A DNA stretch of 33,408 nt from a virus (taxonomy: Duplodnaviria > Caudoviricetes): IMG/VR virus record IMGVR_UViG_3300030397_000537, positions 1 through 33,408 of that record; one strand, given 5' to 3'. Position 1 is the stretch's first letter. The number at the start of each line of letters is the position of its first letter. Below are positions 19,154 through 25,882 of this stretch, piece after piece. A program made the translations under genes and the position numbers. Below the pieces are notes generated by a model. It was not told the origin of the DNA. It saw only the letters and a list, made by a program, of their open reading frames with translations, and made no database searches.

Positions 19154-19207
19154 AAAAAAGGCGCGTCGAACGGCCATCCGGGAAAGGTAGGTATTCAACA
19201 CGCCTTT
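19154..19207 (-). terminator. Leader terminator/attenuator upstream of the leftward membrane-HTH gene
   Basis: Minus-strand stem AAAGGCGTGTTGAA/TTCGACGCGCCTTT followed by TTTATTT, just 5' of the RBS. Confidence 0.65.
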
Positions 19208-19283
19208 AATGCGTTTATAATTAAGTAAATTATATTCTTAGTTCAAAATCCATTTTGATTACTGTTTCCCGGACAGCAAGCAC

Positions 19284-19312
19284 AATATACTGAACTTTTT
19301 GTTATATTACAA
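19284..19312 (-). promoter_or_regulatory. Leftward sigma70-like promoter
   Basis: TTGTAA-17 nt-TATATT on the minus strand. Confidence 0.55.
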
Positions 19313-19404
19313 TTGTTATATTTCAGAAAAAGTGAAAGATACACCGACCATACACCTACGATTTTTTTTTGCGCCAAAACCGCGAATCAAGTAAAATTTT
19401 TACT

Positions 19405-19472
19405 AAAAACACCAAAAAAGATATTTTTTACTTGACAAGCAATGACTTTTTGGTTATATTGCTTGTGAGTTT
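19405..19472 (+). repeat. 68-bp direct repeat copy 1 containing promoter and operator-like inverted repeat
   Basis: Matches 20518-20585 with 2 mismatches. Confidence 0.95.
19432..19466 (+). promoter_or_regulatory. Strong sigma70 promoter with overlapping inverted repeat
   Basis: TTGACA (19432-37)-17 nt-TATATT (19455-60); ACAAGCAAT/ATTGCTTGT arms overlap -35 and -10. Confidence 0.85.
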
Positions 19473-19504
19473 GAAATTAACAACAACCAATTAAGGAGAT
19501 CGAA

Positions 19505-20038
19505 ATGACGAAATATTTCAAAAAAACAGACGAAATTGGCGAAGAAAAAATTTACCCTATCGCAGCAAATGAAATTGATAGTTTTTATTCGCTCTACGGG
19601 TATGTTGCCCCGGACGGCGAAGCGTACGGAGATGGTGAATATTTAAGGAAGTCTAATGATGGCAGTTGTTTTGTCGTTAGCTTTCATGGCAGCAATTACC
19701 AACTAAGTAGCGGTGACGCTGTCGATGAAAAGCGAATCACGCACGAAAACGGAGAAGATTTTAGCCCAACCGATGTTGAACCGGAATTATCCGGGATGGT
19801 TTATTGGGATGGTGGAAACTGGCGAGTTTTCACTACCTGGCTATACGATGACAGTCAACAAATTGAAGAAATTGATTTCAATGAAGGTGAGGAAATTGAC
19901 AGTAAAGAAGAAAATGCCGTAACCTATACGTTATACAAAACCAGCGAAGGACTTTTAGAATACGTATCCTCACTGTGGCAAGGTTCCGGCCCAGCCTATT
20001 ACCAAGAGCCGGAAAAAGAATGGGAAGAAGTAGTTTAA
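19505..20038 (+). CDS. Acidic early hypothetical protein (anti-defence candidate)
   Basis: TAAGGAG RBS; about 39 D/E vs about 12 K/R in 177 aa (hand count); first gene after the promoter. Confidence 0.8.
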   Translation: MTKYFKKTDEIGEEKIYPIAANEIDSFYSLYGYVAPDGEAYGDGEYLRKSNDGSCFVVSFHGSNYQLSSGDAVDEKRITHENGEDFSPTDVEPELSGMVYWDGGNWRVFTTWLYDDSQQIEEIDFNEGEEIDSKEENAVTYTLYKTSEGLLEYVSSLWQGSGPAYYQEPEKEWEEVV

Positions 20039-20110
20039 TCGCGCCAGGGGCGTTCGCGCCCCGTTGGAATTGCCCGGCATAGGGCCGAGCGCAAGTTTAA
20101 TTTAAGGAAA

Positions 20111-20503
20111 ATGAAAGACATGAGAGAAGTAATGAGAACAGAAAAAATCTTCAGCGGCAACTGGCCTGCCGCTGAAATAACCGAACTGGTGGCTATGTGG
20201 CCAACCCAAAAAGCCTTTTGCAAAGAAAACGGCTTTAGCGTAACCACCATCCGCGAGTGGTGCGACCCAACCCACCCGCGCAAGCCGAGCCACAGCAAAA
20301 AGCTGCACCTAAGCCTAATCGCCCAGGCCAGGGGATTGCTGGCGCAAAAAGTAGAAATGGCGGAAAACATCATCGAAATTCCGCCAAGTTACTGGAAAAA
20401 GGTAGAAGAAATTGCCAACGGCCACAAGGCCGAACCGCTCGCCGTGGTTTGCCGGGCAATTGAAATTTACCATTTGACGAAAAAGGATAGTAAATTTTTA
20501 TAG
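20111..20503 (+). CDS. HTH (XRE-like) plus C-terminal ribbon-helix-helix-like regulator
   Basis: TQKAFCKENGFSVTTIREW HTH; IEIPPSYWKKVEEIA...VVCRAIEIY RHH-like; TAAGGA RBS. Confidence 0.65.
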   Translation: MKDMREVMRTEKIFSGNWPAAEITELVAMWPTQKAFCKENGFSVTTIREWCDPTHPRKPSHSKKLHLSLIAQARGLLAQKVEMAENIIEIPPSYWKKVEEIANGHKAEPLAVVCRAIEIYHLTKKDSKFL

Positions 20504-20517
20504 AGATGTGTCAAGTA

Positions 20518-20585
20518 AAAAACATCAAAAAAGATGTTTTTTACTTGACAAGCAATGACTTTTTGGTTATATTGCTTGTGAGTTT
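20518..20585 (+). repeat. 68-bp direct repeat copy 2 with sigma70 promoter
   Basis: TTGACA 20545-50, TATATT 20568-73; near-identical to 19405-19472. Confidence 0.95.
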
Positions 20586-20613
20586 AAAACAACAATCACA
20601 AAGGAGAATTGAC

Positions 20614-20907
20614 ATGACAGTAAAAGAATTAGCTCAAAAGAAATTTGATGATTTAAGCAATGCCGATTTTTACGATTCTGAGAATGACGAGTGTTTTGAC
20701 CTCGTCTATATCGGACCGGTATCGGGGGATCCGCAAACAGAAGCAGTCGGCGAAGCTTACAGCGTAGTCGCCGAAGAGGAAACATTGCCATATATTGAAA
20801 TAGCTAACGAAGATGACAAGTATGCCATTCTCTACACCGAATCCGAATTAAACGATTTAAAAGCGAAAGTTCAGAATTACTTAGATGAAAATCACCCTGA
20901 AATTTAA
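20614..20907 (+). CDS. Small highly acidic protein (DNA-mimic/anti-defence candidate)
   Basis: AAGGAG RBS, ATG 20614; 25 D/E vs 6 K/R in 97 aa (hand count). Confidence 0.8.
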   Translation: MTVKELAQKKFDDLSNADFYDSENDECFDLVYIGPVSGDPQTEAVGEAYSVVAEEETLPYIEIANEDDKYAILYTESELNDLKAKVQNYLDENHPEI

Positions 20908-20933
20908 TACCGCATAAAAAAGCCGCACAACCC

Positions 20934-20967
20934 AAAGCCCGGCGGGACTCTCTCGCCGGGCTTTTTT
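20934..20967 (+). terminator. Intrinsic terminator
   Basis: AAAGCCCGGCGGGA-CTC-TCTCGCCGGGC followed by TTTTTT. Confidence 0.85.
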
Positions 20968-20985
20968 ACTAGAAAGGAAACAACT

Positions 20986-21225
20986 ATGAAAAAGAACGAA
21001 TTAACTATTAAAATAGTTAATGACGAGTTCGGATTTACCGCTTCCGTAAGTGGCCCCGAATGGTTGAAGAATGTCGCCCAGCCTATAACCCAGGGCGAGA
21101 CATTTAGCGAAGTAATGAGAAATGCAGCAGAGGCTATTCTTCTCATCTATCTATCAGACAATCCCACAAAAGACAAGGAGCAAGCAGCCGAGAAGTTTAT
21201 GCTCCGAGGAGGTGGAAATGGGTAG
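20986..21225 (+). CDS. HicB-like antitoxin N-terminal domain protein
   Basis: GFTASV...ITQGETFSEVMRNAAEAI matches the HicB TQGxTxEEAxxNxxEA pattern. Confidence 0.75.
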   Translation: MKKNELTIKIVNDEFGFTASVSGPEWLKNVAQPITQGETFSEVMRNAAEAILLIYLSDNPTKDKEQAAEKFMLRGGGNG

Positions 21226-21493
21226 ACTCCCTAAACAGATAAGCCTCCAGCAGGATGAGTTGGAGACAATTCAAGAAGCCGCAGACAAAAACGGCGTAAG
21301 CTTTTCCCATTACATCCGCAGCGCCGGCATGGCGCGGGCAAAATGGGGAAAAGACGCGCTGTGGGGCGTTTTACCAAAAGACGTGTGGGATGACATCTGC
21401 CAGGCAGCCCACACAATGAAAATGACGCCTGGCGATTTCATTATTTACGCGGCAAAATCCAAAGCCGCCGACATAAACGACCGCTTCCTTTAA
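21218..21493 (+). CDS. Tandem ribbon-helix-helix DNA-binding protein
   Basis: GGAGGT RBS; two similar units ISLQQDELETIQEAADKNGVSFSHYIRSA and VLPKDVWDDICQAAHTMKMTPGDFIIYAA. Confidence 0.7.
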   Translation: MGRLPKQISLQQDELETIQEAADKNGVSFSHYIRSAGMARAKWGKDALWGVLPKDVWDDICQAAHTMKMTPGDFIIYAAKSKAADINDRFL

Positions 21494-21568
21494 TACAATT
21501 AAATTATTGGTTTTTTACAAGGTTGCAACAAGTTTACAACTTTTTTTATAAAAAAAATATAAAATACA

Positions 21569-21597
21569 TTGTTTTTAACGTAAATATTACGTATAAT
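21569..21597 (+). promoter_or_regulatory. sigma70-like promoter with palindromic operator
   Basis: TTGTTT-17 nt-TATAAT; ACGTAA-ata-TTACGT palindrome at 21578-21592. Confidence 0.6.
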
Positions 21598-21624
21598 ACG
21601 CATGAACAATAACTGAGGACGAAA

Positions 21625-21864
21625 ATGAAATCGATTGTCATAGAGAAATTCGCCAAAGAACATTTTGACAATTTGCAGAATGTTGTCAAAGAACTTGCGC
21701 CGCCGGTAACGAAAGTTACCCAAACCGCTGTTTTGTCTTTCGCGCTTTTGGCATTGTGCGAAAAGCTAAACGCGGATGGCGATTTTTTAAGAAGGAATCC
21801 GGTAGAGGAACTTAACGAATATTTTTCAAACCTGCAAGCCCGCTTATTAGAGGAAATTGCATAA
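21625..21864 (+). CDS. Hypothetical protein (possible small regulator)
   Basis: GAGGA RBS; first gene after the promoter; stop overlaps the next start. Confidence 0.6.
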   Translation: MKSIVIEKFAKEHFDNLQNVVKELAPPVTKVTQTAVLSFALLALCEKLNADGDFLRRNPVEELNEYFSNLQARLLEEIA

Positions 21865-22166
21865 TGACGCGAACAGAAATGCTATATCAAACCATTGTTT
21901 CCAACTTTCCGCCAGGCTTAATCGCTGCGGAAGTTCACCCGCTGGCAGACATTACCAAACCGATGGGCATTTCCGCAAACGATCTAAGAGCATGGAAAAA
22001 GGCCGGCAAGCTGGCGCTTATGGATGGCACGGAAAAAATTATTGTTGCCAGCCTTGCCCTTTTTATTGCGCAGCAAAAAAGCGCTGCGGAAAAGGAAGCG
22101 GAAAAGGCGGTTTTGCAAAACGGCATCCGCGAGTTTGATAACGGCATGATGCAAATTTTAACATAA
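21864..22166 (+). CDS. Hypothetical protein (possible HTH)
   Basis: GAGGA RBS, TAATG coupling; LADITKPMGISANDLRAWKKAG is HTH-like. Confidence 0.55.
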   Translation: MTRTEMLYQTIVSNFPPGLIAAEVHPLADITKPMGISANDLRAWKKAGKLALMDGTEKIIVASLALFIAQQKSAAEKEAEKAVLQNGIREFDNGMMQILT

Positions 22167-22231
22167 AAATTCAGCCACTCCACGCCCTTCGGGGCTGGGG
22201 GCGGCAATTAAACTTTAAGGAGGAAAGAAAA

Positions 22232-23335
22232 TTGGCAAATGAATCAAAATTCACAAAAAATTCCGAGCAACAAGAAGCACCGGATTTTACTCATGACATC
22301 GTTGAAAACATCATGAGTAATATTGATGTTTCCACGCCATCCGGTCAGCGGGATTATGTTATCCAGAATTTGAAGGACTTGTGGCGAATTGCGCAATACA
22401 TCCATTCAGCCGGGGTTGTTCCAAACAGCCTAAACAGCACGGAAAAACTTTTCGTAGTCATCATGAAAGCGGTGGAGCTAAACATTCCTACCATGCAGGC
22501 CATCCAAAATATGTATTTAGTGCCGGCAAAAGGCGGTGGCTTCAAGCTGGGGATGGAGGGAAAGCTGATGCTGTCACTGATTATCCAGGCCGGGCATAAA
22601 TATCAAATCCTGGAGCAAACCGATAAAATTTGCCGGATGAAGTTCGAAAGAAAGGGCTTCGAGCCCCATGAATTTCAGTTCACTTTCGAGCAGGCTCAAA
22701 AGGCGGGCTTGACCGGGAAGGATAATTGGAAATACCCGGAAATTATGCTGATGTGGCGCTGTGTCAGCAAAGCGGCAAACGCCTTATTTTCCGATGTAAC
22801 CGGCGGCATGCTGACCCCGGAAGAACTGGAAAGTGTAGCGCCGGTAAAAGCCGTCAGTCATTACCAGCCTAACGGCCATACAAGTTCGGAACCACCCGAC
22901 CCGGACGACTACATCCATCCCAAACATCAGCACCCATTGTTGCAGATTGTCAAAGGCGGCTGGCTGTGGGATTTCGACACGCAGAAGCAGCGCTATGTTA
23001 AAACAATGCGTTCTGATGATCTTGATACAACCCCAACCAGTGCAAGACGCAATCCGAAAAACGACGTCAACCCGGTAACAGGAAGCATTAAGCCTAATTC
23101 CGATAAATGGAAGCCCGGCAATAAAAGGATGGTTGGTGGGAAAATTTTCAAAATGGATGAAAACAGACAGTGGTTTGAGGTCGATCCATTAACCGATCAG
23201 CCGGTCATTGAACCGGAAACGGAACCCGGCGAGAAAGACACCAGCATGGCGGAAATGGCCGAAAAAGCCCGTCAGCAAAATAAACCGAAAAAGACAACCA
23301 AAAACGGCGCGGCGGCACAGCCGATGTTGTTTTGA
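22232..23335 (+). CDS. RecT-like single-strand annealing recombinase
   Basis: AAGGAGG RBS, TTG start; ELNIPTMQAIQNMYLV, FTFEQAQKAGL.GKDNW.YPE.ML.WR, GMLTPEEL. Confidence 0.8.
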   Translation: MANESKFTKNSEQQEAPDFTHDIVENIMSNIDVSTPSGQRDYVIQNLKDLWRIAQYIHSAGVVPNSLNSTEKLFVVIMKAVELNIPTMQAIQNMYLVPAKGGGFKLGMEGKLMLSLIIQAGHKYQILEQTDKICRMKFERKGFEPHEFQFTFEQAQKAGLTGKDNWKYPEIMLMWRCVSKAANALFSDVTGGMLTPEELESVAPVKAVSHYQPNGHTSSEPPDPDDYIHPKHQHPLLQIVKGGWLWDFDTQKQRYVKTMRSDDLDTTPTSARRNPKNDVNPVTGSIKPNSDKWKPGNKRMVGGKIFKMDENRQWFEVDPLTDQPVIEPETEPGEKDTSMAEMAEKARQQNKPKKTTKNGAAAQPMLF

Positions 23336-23344
23336 GGGACGGAT

Positions 23345-23608
23345 ATGGATACAGTAATCACCGCCTATAGCATTAAGCAGGCTCGCGAAAAGCAAAAAGG
23401 ATTGTCGGTTTTGGCAGATGATTACAGAATGCGAGCTTGCGGGACCTGGGAAGATGTCAATGGTGAGCTTGTTTTTTGTGAATATGGCGGTGTAGAAGTA
23501 AAAAAAATCGGACGCAAATATGTCGATGCGGTTGTTGACGGAAGGGCAATAAAAATGAAGCCGTGTTCTGATACGCCGCGCATAGAATTTTACGAAATTT
23601 GGTTTTAG
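23345..23608 (+). CDS. Hypothetical protein
   Basis: GAGGG RBS, in operon. Confidence 0.55.
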   Translation: MDTVITAYSIKQAREKQKGLSVLADDYRMRACGTWEDVNGELVFCEYGGVEVKKIGRKYVDAVVDGRAIKMKPCSDTPRIEFYEIWF

Positions 23609-23618
23609 GAGGCTCGGA

Positions 23619-24014
23619 ATGGAATATGAAGACTACTTATACGCGCCTGTTTATTGGGCTTACCACTGCACAGGCGATGGCAGTTTTCTTTTCAAAATGG
23701 ACAAAAGCGGAAGAATTGTTGATGACAGGTTCAATCGATTAGATGACTACTTTGATTTCGTTTCTACCACCCCTGGCGGGTACTACAGATATTGCCTTTC
23801 CCGTCACTTCTATCTTGAAGCAAAAGACAACTTCAATCTTACAAAGGAAGGGAGTCGTGCAGTAAGAATAATGCGAGAGAAGGAATTCCCGATATATGCG
23901 GGAAGATATTCCTTGAGGGGATCAACTATGAAGGCGTTGTTTGAAAAAGGAATTATTCAAAAAAAATGGACAGGTATGGGATACCTTTACAAACTCAGAA
24001 ACCCAAAGCGATAA
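23619..24014 (+). CDS. Hypothetical protein
   Basis: AGGAGG RBS, aromatic-rich, 131 aa. Confidence 0.6.
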   Translation: MEYEDYLYAPVYWAYHCTGDGSFLFKMDKSGRIVDDRFNRLDDYFDFVSTTPGGYYRYCLSRHFYLEAKDNFNLTKEGSRAVRIMREKEFPIYAGRYSLRGSTMKALFEKGIIQKKWTGMGYLYKLRNPKR

Positions 24015-24025
24015 GGAGCCATTAA

Positions 24026-25882
24026 ATGAAAATCAATTCGATTCATCTAAAAGATTTTATCAGTCATCGTGAATCCAGCTTCGATTTAAACGACATCAAC
24101 ATTGTTGTCGGTGCAAACGGCAGAGGTAAAAGTGCGCTACGTCAGTCAATCGCCTGGGCACTTACCGGTGATATTGATCGTGATCCGGTAAATTGGGATG
24201 CGAAAAGCGCAAAGGTTGTTCTTTCTCTTTCAAACGGCGTCCAAATAATGCAATCCAAAACAAACAGCGGCAGCCCAAGCCTTGCCGTCGAAAGTCCGTC
24301 AAAGCAGCTAACCGGCAGCACGTCCGAAATTCGTGCTGAATTACTGCGGCAATTAAATGTTACGACAAAGCAGATCGATGCCATTCTAAACACCCGGCGC
24401 TTTGCAGACATGAAAGAGGCTGATCGTAAAGATGTTGTTTTCCGGGCGCTGAATGTGGAAGTAACACCAGAAAATTTGTCTGCCTGGTTAGAAAAGAATG
24501 GCCCGGAATTCGATTGGCCGTCAATCGTTTCTAAGCTTGATGTCGATTTGAATGATGTTGATGGCAATAAAAAGATTTTTACTGAACGCCGCCGATCCGC
24601 AAAGCGCGAAAGTGATATGCTTTCTGCTGAACTGGACCGGCTGACCGGTGGCGAACAAGATTCAGTAACAGATAAGGAAATTGCCAACAAAGCCAGCTAT
24701 ATAAAACACTTAAATGGCCTGCAGGATGAACTTGCGGACATTCATCGTTTGCAAGGCAGTGCTGGCGACATCCCGGAATTAGAAAAGAGAATTGCAGCTT
24801 TAAAAGCCGACCTGGAAAAGCCTAACAACACCGAAAAGATTGCAAAACTTCAAGCAAATTACGATAAATCCGCTAAAACCCTGAAAGCGCTTAGCGATGA
24901 ATTGAACGAAATTTACACAAAAGTGACAGCGGCAAAAACGAAGTTGGGATATGCCCAGGCGGATATTGAAAAGCTGGAGACTTTAGGCGATGTTTGCGAC
25001 CGTTGCAAACGTAAAATAACTCCGGCACAAAAGAAGAAAATCCTGGCAGAAATGACCGAGAAGGAAAGTGGCTTTCAGAAGGATTACAGCGCTGTTACGG
25101 AAGCTCACGAGAAAAAAGAAGCAGAGCATGATGAAGTAGCTAAAACGGCAAATAGTTTAAATTGGGAAATTGAGGAATTAAAGAAAACCAACTTTGAAGG
25201 CGACCGGAAAGCAATTCAAGGTGAAATTGACGAAGCCAGTAGAAAATTGGAAAATCTTCGTGAATTGGCTGCCGGGAATACAGGCAAAATTGCGGAACTA
25301 AAACAGCGCATTGAAAAAGGTCAAGCGATTATCACCCGCATTGAGATTGCCGAAAGAAATATTAAGCGGCGCGTCGAAATTGAGGAACGATCTTTAGAAG
25401 TTGTTGATGAAATTGCTCAATTTGACGCGTTTGTAAAAGCGTATGAACCGAAAGGATTGAAAGCTGATTTGCTTAAGTCTGCTATTGATCGCGTTAACGC
25501 TTTGTTGAACAAATACGGCTCTCATCTGGATTTTGGCGATATAAAATTCATCACGGAGCGCGGCAACAAGCCCGTTTTTGAGCTGGAAGTAAATGGAAAC
25601 CCTGAAAACGCTTATTCACGGGCACAGCGTCAGGCGATTGGCGTGGCGGTGCAAATGGTTCTTTCTTCTCTCTGCGGCCTGGGCATTCTTTGTATTGAAG
25701 ATGCAGACATGTTCAAACGACCGCTGAAAGAAAAAGTAAACGATATGATCTTCAGTAATGCGGGAGATTTCGAAACGGTTTTGATTTTCTCCGCAACCGA
25801 CATCGACAGTGAATTTCCCGCGATAAATCAGGAAAATATCAGCGTCATTGAGCTGAATCCTGAAGCAGTTGAGGTGGCGTGA
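24026..25882 (+). CDS. Rad50/SbcC-like ABC ATPase with coiled coil and zinc hook
   Basis: IHLKDFISH, Walker A GANGRGKS, central CDRC, signature-like YSRAQ, Walker B LCIEDAD. Confidence 0.88.
   Translation: MKINSIHLKDFISHRESSFDLNDINIVVGANGRGKSALRQSIAWALTGDIDRDPVNWDAKSAKVVLSLSNGVQIMQSKTNSGSPSLAVESPSKQLTGSTSEIRAELLRQLNVTTKQIDAILNTRRFADMKEADRKDVVFRALNVEVTPENLSAWLEKNGPEFDWPSIVSKLDVDLNDVDGNKKIFTERRRSAKRESDMLSAELDRLTGGEQDSVTDKEIANKASYIKHLNGLQDELADIHRLQGSAGDIPELEKRIAALKADLEKPNNTEKIAKLQANYDKSAKTLKALSDELNEIYTKVTAAKTKLGYAQADIEKLETLGDVCDRCKRKITPAQKKKILAEMTEKESGFQKDYSAVTEAHEKKEAEHDEVAKTANSLNWEIEELKKTNFEGDRKAIQGEIDEASRKLENLRELAAGNTGKIAELKQRIEKGQAIITRIEIAERNIKRRVEIEERSLEVVDEIAQFDAFVKAYEPKGLKADLLKSAIDRVNALLNKYGSHLDFGDIKFITERGNKPVFELEVNGNPENAYSRAQRQAIGVAVQMVLSSLCGLGILCIEDADMFKRPLKEKVNDMIFSNAGDFETVLIFSATDIDSEFPAINQENISVIELNPEAVEVA

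Noticed and set aside
19136-19201. N-terminal extension of ORF 18389..19201
   Set aside because: It coincides with the terminator hairpin; the RBS supports ATG 19135.
19405-20585. 68-bp repeats as a CRISPR mini-array or att sites
   Set aside because: They are 1.1 kb apart, centred on a consensus promoter, and no cas or integrase gene is in the window.
20506-20613. N-terminal extension of ORF 20506..20907
   Set aside because: It runs through the promoter repeat; the RBS supports ATG 20614.
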